This document shows, piece after piece, positions 40,805-54,400 of a stretch of DNA of 64,000 bases (its first letter is position 1; every line of letters begins with the position of its first letter). Below the pieces are notes generated by a model. The model saw only the letters and a program-made list of their open reading frames with translations, searched no databases and was not told the origin of the DNA. A program made the position numbers and the translations under genes. Location: positions 3,072,001 through 3,136,000 of the forward strand of contig CBDFIJ010000004.1 of the NCBI GenBank assembly GCA_965248055.1, given 5' to 3'. The stretch comes from Candidatus Multivoradales bacterium. Its GTDB lineage: Bacteria; Acidobacteriota; Thermoanaerobaculia; Multivoradales; JAHEKO01.

Positions 40805-43800
40805 ATGAACCCGAAAGCAATCATAAAAGCCTTGTGCATGGCTGTTGTTTTTCTAGCAGCTAATCTTTTCGCCGCATCCGCGGCGCAGGCGCAGACCAAT
40901 GTCGCCTTAAACAAAACCATCACTGGTTTCAGTTCGCAGGTCAACGGCACTATGTGGGCGGCAACCAACATCAATGATGGTGTGGTCAATTTGACCGATC
41001 GGGCTTGGGCTTCGGTGAACCAGGCTCCGAATTCAACTGGATTGGATGAATGGGTGAGCATTGACCTCGGTGCAGCGTATCTGCTGGATTCGTTGAGGGT
41101 CACGAGTGAGATTGTTACTGGTGGTTCCCGCAATATTAAAGACTACAATCTGTATGGCAGCGCCACCGGCGACTTTGCGGGGGAGGAAACGCTCCTGTCG
41201 TCGGGCACGATTCCGCCATTGGGGGACATGGGGACCCACGACGTTTCGTTTACTCCCCAAGCGTTCCGCTACGTGAAACTCCAAGGCACATCGACCTATT
41301 TTATTGGCTCGAACATTTACGTTATCGTCGGTGAGTTGGCTCTTTTTGGTGGGCTGGACAGCGACGCTGACGGGGTCATTGACGACGTCGACATCGACGA
41401 CGACAACGACGGCATTCTGGACACCGACGAGGGCGACGGCGCGGTGGATACCGACGGCGATGGCCTTGCCGACTCTTTGGATCTGGATGCCGATGGCGAC
41501 GGGCTGCCCGATACCACGGAAGCTCAAGCCGGCACCATTACCGCCAGCGGCAACGACACTGACAACGACGGTTTGGACGACAACTTCGAGCCCGGCGGTC
41601 TGCCGGCCACCGCTCAGGATGCCGATGGCGACAGCACCCCCGACTGGCGTGACTTGAACGTGGCGCAGCTGGTGATCGAGAAAGTGGGCACGGCGCGAAC
41701 CACTGGCTCCACCACCGCCGTGGCCGAAGACGACCTGATCGATTGGGTGCTCAGCTATGACAACCAGAGTGGCGGCACGATCAATAATGTGGTTTTGGGC
41801 GACGTGCTCTCCGGCGATCACAGCGTCGTCAGTAGCGATGTTCCCGACGGCTGGGTTTTCACAGCCGGAGAGTTCACCGCCGATCGGGTGGCCGGCGGCG
41901 GCTTCGGCCTCACTACTCCGCTACCAGCCGTGCCCACCATGAGCAACATCAACTTCGGCAGCACCGGCGGCGATGGTTACGACCCGATTCTCGGTGCCGA
42001 CGATGGCCGTATCTATATGACGTTTCACCATCAATCCTCCGGCGGCGTGTTGCAGTGCGTTGATCCGGTAACCGGTACCGTCTGTGCTGGTTATACGGTG
42101 CTCTTGCGCCCCAACCTCATCAGCTCTACCAAAATAGGCCATACGCCGGAGAACACGCTGTTTATCGGCAACCGTCTCTACTACCCCTATACCGATCCCA
42201 GCTCCAGCGATTGGGGTCTGGGCTGTTTCGATGTTTCGGCCTATGACGGGGTGGATCCACTGACCGGCAATTGTGACAAAGACAGCAATTTCTCGGGCAG
42301 TGCCTGGGATGACGGCGGGGTGTCACTGGGCGGTGGCGGCGTAACCTCGGATCGTGGAGCCATCCAGGGACCGGTGTTGGCTGACGACGGCAATCTATAC
42401 CTGCTCGACTACAACATGCTGATGCACTGCGTGCAGCCCGATGGCAACCTGTGTGCGACCACTGGCACCAATCTGTCAACCGGCGATGCAAATCTATTTA
42501 CCATTAGCGCAGATAGTCTTTACAGTGGTACGGCAATTGAGATGGAGTTATGGCAGAACCGGATCTATTTCGGCGTGATGTACCATGACGTCACCGATGG
42601 CGGTGATCCCAACAATAGTAGTGTTGTGATTGGCTGTTTCGATATTGCCACGGCAACAAATTGCTGGGGAACGTCCGCCATAGTCGATGATCTCTCTGGA
42701 TTATCGATCGACGCGAGCACCTTCTCCAATATTCATATACGTTATGACCAAGCCGGGGCGGCGGATGCGGTATGTATCCTCAGTCGGGCCTATGATTCCA
42801 CGCGCAACGCGGAAGGTTGTGCCAGTTTGACCGGCGTTGCCATCGCCAACGATGACGCAACCTATTGTGCGGCTTATCCTGGGGGCACCTGCGTTCGCGG
42901 TATTCCGACCAATCTCGAAGCGCTGTTCCCCAATGTCAACCGGACCAACGGCAGCGGTGGCGAAGTGCATCACAATGGCAGGACGTATTTCAACCGTTTC
43001 TTTACAGATGAAGTGTACTGCTGGGACTGGTTGGCGGCGCCTGGGGGGGCGCTGTGCGCCGACTTTGGGGTTGCTGGCTTAGTCACCGGACCCACGGGTG
43101 CCGAAACCTATGGTATTGCTCGTGACGAAGCGGGGTGTTTCTGGGTGCTGGGCGACAATAATAACCTGTGGAACTTCGATGTCTTGGGCAACTCGCCGTG
43201 TTTAATTGCCGAGATTTTCGCTGAAGACACGCTTACCCCGGCGAACGCCTACTGTTCCACTGGCGCCAGCGCCTTGACCGATAACGGCGCGTTGTGGGAA
43301 GAAGTACATCTGACGGATATTGACAGCGATCAATTTATCGCCTTGAGCGCGGATGTCTACGACCTCACCGGCGCGCTGCTTACCCATTGCGACTTCAAGG
43401 CCGATACCTGTACCAACGGCTTCACTGTGGTCGACAGCGGCTTTGAGGAGACGGTGGATCTGAGCTCTCTCAGCGTGGCCGGCAACAACCTGGAACTAAG
43501 CGTTGAGTTTGCCGCCCAGGTGCCCCTGGGTACCGACCTGGAAGCACTCGGCCGTTCGCCGGAGTTTGATCTCACTTGGGGCTTCCCCGGCACCGCGCCG
43601 CCGCTTGAGCTGTGTCTGGTGACCGATCCCGGCCCCACCAGTTGCCCGGTCTCCGGCAGCGACTTTGCCGCCAACAGCGCTACGGTGCAATTGCGAGGCG
43701 CACCCAACCCCGACGACAGCGCCGGACCGGTGTCGCTGGACATTATTCCCTCCACCACCGCTGCTACTTGCAGCATGGACTATGGCGATGCGCCGGACAG

Positions 43801-46800
43801 CTACGGTGCGCTGCTGGCCAGTGATGGGGCGAGGCATGCGCTTCAAACCGGAACCTTAGCGCGCTATGTGCGGATCATGAAATCGGGCAATAACACATTC
43901 GATGATCTGATTAATTTGGCAGAGGTTGAGGTGCTTGATGCTGGCGGTGTCAACCGGGCGTTGGCCAGCTTGGGCGCAACGGCCAGCCAAAATTCCACCT
44001 TTAACTCTTCAACTTTGGCTTTGAATTGCAACGACGGCAATACCACCGGGAGTGGAGGGGCTAGTAACATATGTGCTACCGCTGGCACTACCGCCAACGA
44101 CTGGTGGGAAGTGGATTTAGGCGCGGTTTACAACATCGCTGAAATAAATATCTTCAATCGTGACGACGGTGCCGAAGAACGCTTGAGCAATGTGTATGTA
44201 CTGGCGGCGGATACCGCCTTTCCCGGGACCACCAACCTGACCGATGCGCGCAACAACGCCGATTTCGAATTTCAGCTCGGCGAAGTTATAGCCGCCAACC
44301 CGGACCGCACAGTGACGGTAACGGGGGGCACCGCCCCGACACTGACTCTGGGCCCGACGGTGGACAACGAGGCAGACGGCCAGCCGAGTGGCACGGCCAC
44401 GGACGACGGCGCGGATGAGGATGGTTCGGTTTTTCGATCGCCTGCCGGAACGAGTCATTCGATCTTCGGAGATGTAACAGTCAACAACGCGACAGGGGGC
44501 TCGGTGACGGTGTGTGCTTGGCTGGACCTGCCTTCAGGGGGCAGCGTAGACGGTGCGTTCGGCGCCTCAGACGGCCAGTGCCAGACGACCAGCGCGAGCA
44601 ATCCGACGCTAACGTTTCAATGGTCGGGTCTGCCGGATGACCAGACTTATGCGACCTACGCTCGTTTCCGAGTGAGTTCGTCGGTGATGACGACCTCTCA
44701 GGCAACGGGAGCCTTTGCGGACGGCGAGATCGAGGACTACCTGGTGAACTTCGATTTCACGCCGACGCGGGCGACGGTGAAGGGATTGAGGGCTCGCTTG
44801 CTGCCCGCCGGTTCGCTGCGGGAGGTGGCAGGGCTAGCGAGTTTGGTGGAAGGGATTGCGGATTCCCAGCTGGTGGCTGTGGTGGAGTGGGAGACGGTGA
44901 TGGAGCAGGGCACCAGCGGGTTTGACCTGGAGCGTCGTGGCGAGAATGGTTCTTGGCAGAAGCTCAACAGTCAGATGCTTCCGGGCTTGGTGGTCTCTCG
45001 CCAGGGTGGTGAATATCTGTGGGTCGACACCGAGGTTAGCGAAGGCAAGGTTTCCTACCGCTTGGTTGAGCACGAGGTCTGGGGTACCGAGTTGATGCAC
45101 GGCCCTTGGAAGGTTGACTTGAAAGCTCCTTTGCCGGGCAAGGGTCGAGGTCAGTCTAAGTCCATGCAACCTTCGATTTCAGAGGGTGGCAGCTCGAACG
45201 GTGTGCTCGAGTGGTGGGCTTGGGAAAAGCTCGACAGGCGTTTTGCTGGTCGTGGTCGCTCGGCTCCGTTGCCCGATGAGGAAGAAGTAGCGATGCGTTT
45301 GCGCCAACGCACGGCCCAGCGCCAGAGCCAGTTGAAGCAAAGAGCTGGAGCCGCCGCGCTTGCTGACAGGTCTGCAAGCACCGTCGGTAACGGCGGTAAC
45401 GGCGGTCGCCAGGCTGGGCTAGGCGCAGGTGTTGGATCTCGGGATGGAAACAACTTGATCAAATCCAGGCCCAAAGGCAGCGCTCGCCTAGTGACCGATG
45501 GTTCCGGTTGGTACAGCGCACAGGTTGCCGATCTCGCAGCGGCTCTGGGAGCGCCGAGCGCTAAGGTCAGCGGGATGCTGCAGAAGGGACATCTTGGCCT
45601 CTCAATGGGCGGGGACAGCGCACCCTACAGCTACGATGGCGGCAGTACGATCTACTTGGTCGGTTATCCGTATCAGAATCTGGATACCGTCTCGAACGCT
45701 TATCAAATGAGCTACGGTCGTGGAACGGTGATGACTGCCGCGGGTGGTGGTGGCCCCTCTTCTGGGGTTGCCGGAACCTTCCGGGATACCTTGGTTGCCG
45801 AGCAAGAAGTGTGGTTGCTGCCTTGGGCGACACGGGAAGAGGGTGGAGATACTTGGTATTGGGATTTCACCTACGCCCCGTACACGCCGGAAACGGTCTT
45901 GAGCTTCGATCTTCCCGACGCCGCAGCGGCTGGGACCGCTGACCTCCGCATCGCTTTGCGCGGCGCCAGCAAAAATGGTTCGGCACAGGATCATCACGCC
46001 TGGGTTTCGGTCAACGGGCAGGTACTGCCAGGCAGCGTGACCTGGGACGCCTACGGCTTGGTAACCCTGGAAACCAGTTTTGACCAGAGCCTGCTGGCTG
46101 GTGGCAATACCGTGACCTTGACGGTACACGCACAAGCCGGTGGCGACGCAACCTACAGTTTGGTGCTGGTCGATGACGTTCAAGTTTCCTTTGAGCGCAA
46201 GATGAGGGCCAAGGAAGGTTCTTTATGGGTGCGTAATGCAAGTACTGGAGTGATGACGGTAGAAGGCTTTGAGTCTGCCGACATCCGGGTTATTGAATTG
46301 AGTCAAGGCACCTCGGCAACCGAGCGGCAAAATTTGACGGTTAGTGCCGACGGCTTGGGCGGCTGGCAGGTGAGCTTCCGCGGTAAGAATGGCCGGGATT
46401 ATTTGGTGGTCGACCGCGCTCGCCCGGCATTGGTGGAAGCTGAGGTGGCTTCATCGCTCAAGAACCGTGGTTTAAGTGCTGAGTACCTGATCATCGCCCC
46501 TGAGTCGCTGGCTGAAGGTGCCCAGGCACTCAAGGATTACCGTTCCAACCGCTTTTCGACCCAGATCGTCTGGTTGCAAGACATCTACGATGAGTTCAGC
46601 TACGGCCGCACCGATTCGGCGGCGATCGAGGCCTTCTTGGCCAGCGTCTACGCCAAGTCACCACAACCCCCGCTCTACGTAGTCCTGTTGGGCCGAGGAA
46701 CGCTGGATCATCGCGATTTGCAGGGTTACGGCGAAAGCCTGATTCCGTTGCGACTCGCGGTCACTCCTTGGGGCCTCTATTCGAGCGATAACCGCTACGC

Positions 46801-47500
46801 GGATGTTAACGGCGACAAGCGGCCGGAGTTTGCTGTCGGTCGTATCCAGGCAATGACCAACGCCGAAGTGCTGACTTACGTCAACAAACTGGCGGCTTAC
46901 GAGGCTGGTGTTGGTACCGGTAGCGCCCTAGTGCTGGCGGACAATCCAGACGCTGCTGGAGACTTCCACGCCAACAGTGAAAAGACTGCGGCGAACCTCA
47001 GGTCCTACGGAGTGACGGTCGACAAGCTGTACCATCCGACGGATGCGGTGCGCACCGATCTGTTGAGTGGTTGGGCAGCCGGCGACTGGTCGTTGATTGT
47101 CTACGACGGCCACGGTGCATCCACCCAGTTGGGTAGTGAGGCCTATCTCAAGTCTAGCGACGTTGCCGGCTTGACCAACGGCTCGGCACTGCCGGTGTTT
47201 TCCGCCTGGACCTGTGCTGCTGGGGACAGCACTAGCCCCGGGATCATGGGTCTGGCAGATAGCTTGGTGCTGTCGTCAGGTGGTGGTGCGATCGCGGCGG
47301 TGGCCCCTGCTGGCCTGTCCTTGGATGCCCCAGCCCAACGGTTGAGTCAGTCGTTTCTCAATTCCCTGGTGGGTCGTGGCGAGACCGTGGGTCAGGCGTT
47401 TGTCCGTGCCCACGAGCAAGGGGAAGCGGAAGGTCTGTATCCCTGGATGCTGGACATCTACTTGGTGTCGGGCGACCCGGCGGTCAACCTGCAGGACTAG
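40805..47500 (+). CDS. Giant secreted lectin/GEVED/C25-peptidase protein copy 2
   Basis: Near-identical to copy 1; signal peptide [29 protein letters not shown] (ORF open from 40508). Confidence 0.87.
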   Translation: MNPKAIIKALCMAVVFLAANLFAASAAQAQTNVALNKTITGFSSQVNGTMWAATNINDGVVNLTDRAWASVNQAPNSTGLDEWVSIDLGAAYLLDSLRVTSEIVTGGSRNIKDYNLYGSATGDFAGEETLLSSGTIPPLGDMGTHDVSFTPQAFRYVKLQGTSTYFIGSNIYVIVGELALFGGLDSDADGVIDDVDIDDDNDGILDTDEGDGAVDTDGDGLADSLDLDADGDGLPDTTEAQAGTITASGNDTDNDGLDDNFEPGGLPATAQDADGDSTPDWRDLNVAQLVIEKVGTARTTGSTTAVAEDDLIDWVLSYDNQSGGTINNVVLGDVLSGDHSVVSSDVPDGWVFTAGEFTADRVAGGGFGLTTPLPAVPTMSNINFGSTGGDGYDPILGADDGRIYMTFHHQSSGGVLQCVDPVTGTVCAGYTVLLRPNLISSTKIGHTPENTLFIGNRLYYPYTDPSSSDWGLGCFDVSAYDGVDPLTGNCDKDSNFSGSAWDDGGVSLGGGGVTSDRGAIQGPVLADDGNLYLLDYNMLMHCVQPDGNLCATTGTNLSTGDANLFTISADSLYSGTAIEMELWQNRIYFGVMYHDVTDGGDPNNSSVVIGCFDIATATNCWGTSAIVDDLSGLSIDASTFSNIHIRYDQAGAADAVCILSRAYDSTRNAEGCASLTGVAIANDDATYCAAYPGGTCVRGIPTNLEALFPNVNRTNGSGGEVHHNGRTYFNRFFTDEVYCWDWLAAPGGALCADFGVAGLVTGPTGAETYGIARDEAGCFWVLGDNNNLWNFDVLGNSPCLIAEIFAEDTLTPANAYCSTGASALTDNGALWEEVHLTDIDSDQFIALSADVYDLTGALLTHCDFKADTCTNGFTVVDSGFEETVDLSSLSVAGNNLELSVEFAAQVPLGTDLEALGRSPEFDLTWGFPGTAPPLELCLVTDPGPTSCPVSGSDFAANSATVQLRGAPNPDDSAGPVSLDIIPSTTAATCSMDYGDAPDSYGALLASDGARHALQTGTLARYVRIMKSGNNTFDDLINLAEVEVLDAGGVNRALASLGATASQNSTFNSSTLALNCNDGNTTGSGGASNICATAGTTANDWWEVDLGAVYNIAEINIFNRDDGAEERLSNVYVLAADTAFPGTTNLTDARNNADFEFQLGEVIAANPDRTVTVTGGTAPTLTLGPTVDNEADGQPSGTATDDGADEDGSVFRSPAGTSHSIFGDVTVNNATGGSVTVCAWLDLPSGGSVDGAFGASDGQCQTTSASNPTLTFQWSGLPDDQTYATYARFRVSSSVMTTSQATGAFADGEIEDYLVNFDFTPTRATVKGLRARLLPAGSLREVAGLASLVEGIADSQLVAVVEWETVMEQGTSGFDLERRGENGSWQKLNSQMLPGLVVSRQGGEYLWVDTEVSEGKVSYRLVEHEVWGTELMHGPWKVDLKAPLPGKGRGQSKSMQPSISEGGSSNGVLEWWAWEKLDRRFAGRGRSAPLPDEEEVAMRLRQRTAQRQSQLKQRAGAAALADRSASTVGNGGNGGRQAGLGAGVGSRDGNNLIKSRPKGSARLVTDGSGWYSAQVADLAAALGAPSAKVSGMLQKGHLGLSMGGDSAPYSYDGGSTIYLVGYPYQNLDTVSNAYQMSYGRGTVMTAAGGGGPSSGVAGTFRDTLVAEQEVWLLPWATREEGGDTWYWDFTYAPYTPETVLSFDLPDAAAAGTADLRIALRGASKNGSAQDHHAWVSVNGQVLPGSVTWDAYGLVTLETSFDQSLLAGGNTVTLTVHAQAGGDATYSLVLVDDVQVSFERKMRAKEGSLWVRNASTGVMTVEGFESADIRVIELSQGTSATERQNLTVSADGLGGWQVSFRGKNGRDYLVVDRARPALVEAEVASSLKNRGLSAEYLIIAPESLAEGAQALKDYRSNRFSTQIVWLQDIYDEFSYGRTDSAAIEAFLASVYAKSPQPPLYVVLLGRGTLDHRDLQGYGESLIPLRLAVTPWGLYSSDNRYADVNGDKRPEFAVGRIQAMTNAEVLTYVNKLAAYEAGVGTGSALVLADNPDAAGDFHANSEKTAANLRSYGVTVDKLYHPTDAVRTDLLSGWAAGDWSLIVYDGHGASTQLGSEAYLKSSDVAGLTNGSALPVFSAWTCAAGDSTSPGIMGLADSLVLSSGGGAIAAVAPAGLSLDAPAQRLSQSFLNSLVGRGETVGQAFVRAHEQGEAEGLYPWMLDIYLVSGDPAVNLQD

Positions 47501-47841
47501 TTGTTATTAAGAAGGGGACACAATACCCCCTAATCAGAAAGCTCAATTCCGAATCAAAGAATCGCGGATCGGTGGAAACGGGTTTTGTTAAGAAAGGGGA
47601 CACAATACCCCCTAATCAGAAAGCTCGATTCCGAATCACAGAATCGCGGATCAATGGAAACGAGTTTGGGGTTGCAAATAGGGTTTGTGTCCCCTTGTCC
47701 TCCGCTCCCCGCGCCAGGCTCTCCCAATATTGCGTGCTGTTTCTTTGGGAGGGTGGATACCCTGCCGGAATCACGGATCGGCGAATGCACAGGGGATAAG
47801 AAAGCAACAAAATACGTCCCTCTCCTCATCGGGCAGAGCAA

Positions 47842-47928
47842 GAATCCTTATGTTTACATCTTGGCCAATAATCCCAACGCAATCCTCTGCGTCGGAGTGA
47901 GCTCGAACCGAGTGCGTCGCATAAACTT
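47842..47928 (+). pseudogene. Truncated GIY-YIG nuclease remnant
   Basis: NPYVYILANNPNAILCVGVSSNRVRRI resembles N-terminus of 24136-24438; cut by an IS3 end. Confidence 0.65.
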
Positions 47929-48037
47929 TGAAACTGCCCCGTTTTAGTGGACACACAGTCTAGCTCTCATTAGGCGAGAGCGGTTTGGTTAAGGACCGTA
48001 GCCACAGCGGCAAGTTGGTTTTCGTAGGCGAGCGGAC
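47929..48037 (-). mobile_element. IS3 right-end remnant
   Basis: TGAAACTGCCCCGTTTTAGTGGACAC plus inverted, degenerate 3' end of OrfB. Confidence 0.8.
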
Positions 48038-48281
48038 GCCGTTGTTCCCTCATTCCCGTGAGGATAGGGTACTGCAAATTGGATAGCTGCCACTGAGCCT
48101 AGGAACCCAACATATTCTCCTGGGAGAAACTCCCGCCCCCGCCCTTCCGTGGCAGTTACTTAAGTTGGGAACTCATTCTGATTCAACGGTTAGGAATTTG
48201 GCTCAGGAGTTGCATTTACAACCGGTAATCACTAATGTGTCGGGTGGAGCTCGATCAATATTGGTGTTTCTGATCCATCAT

Positions 48282-48297
48282 AGTGACATGGGTCACA
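48282..48297. promoter_or_regulatory. CRP/FNR-family-like site upstream of giant gene copy 3
   Basis: AGTGA-CATGGG-TCACA, one mismatch from TGTGA-N6-TCACA. Confidence 0.45.
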
Positions 48298-48483
48298 TCT
48301 AATTTGGGCGAGACGGCTAGCCAAAGTTTCAGCTTTGACGCGAATCACTCGGCTTCGAATTGCAACGCTGGCAGCACCAACGGGATTTTTGCGGGAAACA
48401 GCAAATATGCGAATTGATGGGAATTAAAATGTGGATAGAACTTAAACACGATATGTTGACCATTGCACCACAGGGGATTTGAA

Positions 48484-51400
48484 ATGAACCCGAAAGCAAT
48501 CATAAAAGCCTTGTGCATGGCTGTTGTTTTTCTAGCAGCTAATCTTTTCGCCGCATCCGCGGCGCAGGCGCAGACCAATGTCGCCTTAAACAAAACCATC
48601 ACTGGTTTCAGTTCGCAGGTCAACGGCACTATGTGGGCGGCAACCAACATCAATGATGGTGTGGTCAATTTGACCGATCGGGCTTGGGCTTCGGTGAACC
48701 AGGCTCCGAATTCAACTGGATTGGATGAATGGGTGAGCATTGACCTCGGTGCAGCGTATCTGCTGGATTCGTTGAGGGTCACGAGTGAGATTGTTACTGG
48801 TGGTTCCCGCAATATTAAAGACTACAATCTGTATGGCAGCGCCACCGGCGACTTTGCGGGGGAGGAAACGCTCCTGTCGTCGGGCACGATTCCGCCATTG
48901 GGGGACATGGGGACCCACGACGTTTCGTTTACTCCCCAAGCGTTCCGCTACGTGAAACTCCAAGGCACATCGACCTATTTTATTGGCTCGAACATTTACG
49001 TTATCGTCGGTGAGTTGGCTCTTTTTGGTGGGCTGGACAGCGACGGCGACGGGGTCATTGACGACGTCGACATCGACGACGACAACGACGGCATTCTGGA
49101 CACCGACGAGGGCGACGGCGCGGTGGATACCGACGGCGATGGCCTTGCCGACTCTCTGGATCTGGATGCCGATGGCGACGGACTGCCCGATACCATGGAA
49201 GCTCAAGCCGGCACCATTACCGCCAGCGGCAACGACACTGACAACGACGGTTTGGACGACAACTTCGAGCCCGGCGGGCTGCCGGCCACCGCTCAGGATG
49301 CCGATGGCGACAGCACCCCCGACTGGCGTGACTTGAACGTGGCGCAGCTGGTGATCGAGAAAGTGGGCACGGCGCGAACCACTGGCTCCACCACCGCCGT
49401 GGCCGAAGACGACCTGATCGATTGGGTGCTCAGCTATGACAACCAGAGTGGCGGCACGATCAATAATGTGGTTTTGGGCGACGTGCTCTCCGGCGATCAC
49501 AGCGTCGTCAGTAGCGATGTTCCCGACGGCTGGGGCTTCACAGCCGGAGAGTTCACCGCTGATCGGGTGGCCGGCGGCGGCTTCGGCCTCACTACTCCGC
49601 TGCCGGCGGTGCCCGCCGCGACCAACATCAACTTCGGCAGCACCGGCGGCGATGGTTACGACCCGATTCTCGGTGCCGACGATGGCCGTATCTATATGAC
49701 GTTTCACCATCAATCCTCCGGCGGCGTGTTGCAGTGCGTTGATCCGGTAACCGGTACCGTCTGTGCTGGTTATACGGTGCTCTTGCGCCCCAACCTCATC
49801 AGTTCTACCAAAATAGGCCAGACGCCGGAGAACACGCTGTTTATCGGCAACCGTCTCTACTACCCCTATACCGATCCCACCTCGAGCGATTGGGGTCTGG
49901 GCTGTTTCGATGTTTCGGCCTATGACGGGGTGGATCCACTGACCGGCAATTGTGACAAAGACAGCAATTTCTCGGGCAGTGCCTGGGATGACGGCGGGGT
50001 GTCACTGGGCGGTGGCGGCGTAACCTCGGATCGTGGAGCCATCCAGGGACCGGTGTTGGCTGACGACGGCAATCTATACCTGCTCGACTACAACATGCTG
50101 ATGCACTGCGTGCAGCCCGATGGCAACCTGTGTGCGACCACTGGCACCAATATGTCAACCGGCGATGCAAATCTATTTACCATTAGCGCAGATAGTCTTT
50201 ACAGTGGTACGGCAATTGAGATGGAGTTATGGCAGAACCGGATCTATTTCGGCGTGATGTACCATGACGTCACCGATGGCGGTGATCCCAACAATAGTAG
50301 TGTTGTGATTGGCTGTTTCGATATTGCCACGGCATCAAATTGCTGGGGAACGTCCGCCATAGTCGATGATCTCTCTGGATTATCGATCGACGCGAGCACT
50401 TTCTCCAATATTCATATACGTTATGACCAAGCCGGGGCGGCGGATGCGGTATGTATCCTCAGTCGGGCCTATGATTCCACGCGCAACGCGGAAGGTTGTG
50501 CCAGTTTGACCGGCGTTGCCATCGCCAACGATGATGCAACCTATTGTGCGGCTTATCCTGGGGGCACCTGCGTTCGCGGTATTCCGACCAATCTCGAAGC
50601 GCTGTTCCCCAATGTCAACCGGACCAACGGCAGCGGTGGCGAAGTGCATCACAATGGCAGGACGTATTTCAACCGTTTCTTTACAGATGAAGTGTACTGC
50701 TGGGACTGGTCGGCGGCGCCTGGGGGGGCGCTGTGCGCCGACTTTGGGGTTGCTGGCGTAGTCACCGGACCCACTGGTGCCGAGACCTATGGTGTTGCTC
50801 GTGACGAAGCGGGGTGTTTCTGGGTGCTGGGCGACCAGAATAACCTGTGGAACTTCGATGTCTTGGGCAACTCGCCGTGTTTAATTGCCGAGATTTTCGC
50901 TGAAGACACGCTTACCCCGGCGAACGCCTACTGTTCCACTGGCCCCAGCGCTTTGACCGATAACGGCGCGTTGTGGGAAGAACTCCGTCTGACGGATATT
51001 GACAGTGATCAATTTATCGCCTTGAGCGCGGATGTCTACGACCTCACCGGCGCGCTGGTTACCCATTGCGACTTCAAGGCCGATACCTGTAGCAACGGCT
51101 TCACTGTGGTCGACAGCGGCTTTGAGGAGACGGTGGATCTGAGCTCTCTCAGCGTGGCCGGCAACAACCTGGAACTAAGCGTTGAGTTTGCCGCCCAGCT
51201 GCCCCTGGGTACCGACCTGGAAGCACTCGGCCGTTCGCCGCAATTTGATCTCACTTGGGACTACCCCGGCACCGCGCCGCCGCTTGAGATGTGTCTGGTG
51301 ACCGATCCCGGCCCCACCAGTTGCCCGGTTTCCGGCAGCGACTTTGCCGCCAACAGCGCTACGGTGCAACTGCGAGGCGCGCCCAACCCCGACGACAGCG

Positions 51401-54400
51401 CCGGACCGGTGTCGCTGGACATTATTCCCTCCACCACCGCTGCTACTTGCGTTATGGACTACGGCGATGCGCCGGACAGCTACGGCTCGCTGCTGGCCAG
51501 CGATGGGGCGAGGCATGTGATTCAAACTGGAACGTTAGCGCGCTATGTGCGGATCATGAAATCGGGTAATAACACAGGGGGTAATTGGTTAAATATGGCA
51601 GAGGTTGAGGTGCTTGACGCTGGCGGTGTCAACCGGGCGTTGGCCAGCTTGGGCGCAACGGCCAGCCAAAGTTCCACCGCTTCCGGTCCCCTCCTGCCTT
51701 CGTTTTGCAACGACGGCAACACCGCCGGGACAGGTACAGCAGGGAACATTTGTCGTACTAATGCCCCCACCGCTAACGAATGGTGGGAAGTAGACCTGGG
51801 CGCGGTTTACGACATCGCTGAAATAAATATCTTCAATCGTGATGATTGTTGCCAGGAAAGATTGAGCAATGTGTATGTACTGGCGGCGGATACCGCCTTT
51901 CCCGGGACCACCAACCTGACCGATGCGCGCAACAACGCCGATTTCGAATTTCAGCTCGGCGAAGTTATAGCCGCCAACCCGGACCGCACAGTGACGGTAA
52001 CGGGGGGCACCGCCCCGACACTGACTCTGGGCTCGACGGTAGATTCGGAAAGCGACGGCCAGCCGAGTGTTGCGGCCGTGGATGACGGCGCGGATGAGGA
52101 CGGTACAGTTTTTCGAACACCTGCCGAAACGAGTCATACGATCTTCGGAGATGTAACAGTCAACAACGCGACAGGGGGCTCGGTGACGGTGTGTGCTTGG
52201 CTGGACCTGCCTTCAGGGGGCAGCGTAGACGGTGCGTTCGACGCCTCAGACGGCCAGTGCCAGACGACCAGCGCGAGCAATCCGACGCTAACGTTTCAAT
52301 GGTCGGGTCTGCCGGATGATCAGGCTTATGCGACCTACGCTCGTTTCCGCGTGAGTTCGTCGGCGATGACGACCTCTCAGGCGACGGGAGCCTTTGCGGA
52401 CGGCGAGATCGAGGACTATCTGGTGAACTTCGATTTCAGGCCGCCGACGCGGGCGACGGTGAAGGGATTGAGGGCTCGCTTGCTGCCCGCCGGTTCGCTG
52501 CGGGAGGTGGCAGGGCTAGCGAGTTTGGTGGAAGGGATTGCGGATTCCCAGCTGGTGGCTGTGGTGGAGTGGGAGACGGTGATGGAGCAGGGCACCAGCG
52601 GGTTTGACCTGGAGCGTCGTGGCGAGAATGGTTCTTGGCAGAAGCTCAACAATCAGATGCTTCCGGGCTTGGTGGTCTCTCGCCAGGGTGGTGAATATCT
52701 GTGGGTCGACACCGAGGTTAGCGAAGGCAAGGTTTCCTACCGCTTGGTTGAGCACGAGGTCTGGGGTACCGAGTTGATGCACGGCCCGTGGAAGGTCGAC
52801 TTGAAAGCTCCTTTGCCGGGCAAAGGTAGAGGTCAGTCTAAGTCCATGCAACCTTCGATTTCACAGGGTGGCAGCTCGAACGGTGTGCTCGAGTGGTGGG
52901 CCTGGGAAAAGCTCGACAGGCGTTTTGCTGGTCGTGGTCGCTCGGCTCCGTTGCCCGATGAGGAAGAAGTAGCGATGCGTTTGCGCCAGCGCACGGCTAA
53001 GCGCCAGAGCCAGTTGAAGCAAAGAGCTGGAGCCGCCGCGCTTGCTGACAGGTCTGCAAGCACCGTCGGTAACGGCGGTAACGGCGGTCGCCAGGCTGGG
53101 CTAGGCGCAGGTGTTGGATCTCGGGATGGAAACAACTTGATCAAATCCAGGCCCAAAGGCAGCGCTCGCCTAGTGACCGATGGTTCCGGTTGGTACAGCG
53201 CACAGGTTGCCGATCTCGCAGCGGCTCTGGGAGAGCCGAGCGCTAAGGTCAGCGGGATGCTGCAGAAGGGACATCTTGGCCTCTCAATGGGCGGGGACAG
53301 CGCACCCTACAGCTACGATGGCGGCAGTACGATCTACTTGGTCGGTTATCCGTATCAGAATCTGGATACCGTCTCGAACGCTTATCAAATGAGCTACGGT
53401 CGTGGAACGGTGATGACTGCCGCGGGTGGTGGTGGCCCCTCTTCTGGGGTTGCCGGAACCTTCCGGGATACCTTGGTTGCCGAGCAAGAAGTGTGGTTGC
53501 TGCCTTGGGCGACACGGGAAGAGGGTGGAGATACTTGGTATTGGGATTTCACCTACGCCCCGTACACGCCGGAAACGGTCTTGAGCTTCGATCTTCCCGA
53601 CGCCGCAGCGGCTGGGACCGCTGACCTCCGCATCGCTTTGCGCGGCGCCAGCAAAAATGGTTCGGCACAGGATCATCACGCCTGGGTTTCGGTCAACGGG
53701 CAGGTACTGCCAGGCAGCGTGACCTGGGACGCCTACGGCTTGGTAACCCTGGAAACCAGTTTTGACCAGAGCCTGCTGGCTGGTGGCAATACCGTGACCT
53801 TGACGGTACACGCACAAGCCGGTGGCGACGCAACCTACAGTTTGGTGCTGGTCGATGACGTTCAAGTTTCCTTTGAGCGCAAGATGAGGGCCAAGGAAGG
53901 TTCTTTATGGGTGCGTAATGCAAGTACTGGAGTGATGACGGTAGAAGGCTTTGAGTCTGCCGACATCCGGGTTATTGAATTGAGTCAAGGCACCTCGGCA
54001 ACCGAGCGGCAAAATTTGACGGTTAGTGCCGACGGCTTGGGCGGCTGGCAGGTGAGCTTCCGCGGTAAGAATGGCCGGGATTATTTGGTGGTCGACCGCG
54101 CTCGCCCGGCATTGGTGGAAGCTGAGGTGGCTTCATCGCTCAAGAACCGTGGTTTAAGTGCTGAGTACCTGATCATCGCCCCTGAGTCGCTGGCTGAAGG
54201 TGCCCAGGCACTCAAGGATTACCGTTCCAACCGCTTTTCGACCCAGATCGTCTGGTTGCAAGACATCTACGATGAGTTCAGCTATGGTCGCACCGATTCG
54301 GCGGCGATCGAGGCCTTCTTGGCCAGCGTCTACGCCAAGTCACCACAACCCCCGCTCTACGTAGTCCTGCTGGGGCGAGGAACGCTGGATCATCGCGATT

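Noticed and set aside
51540-51870. Diversity-generating retroelement acting on the lectin domain
   Set aside because: No reverse transcriptase or template repeat in the window; differences are not adenine-restricted
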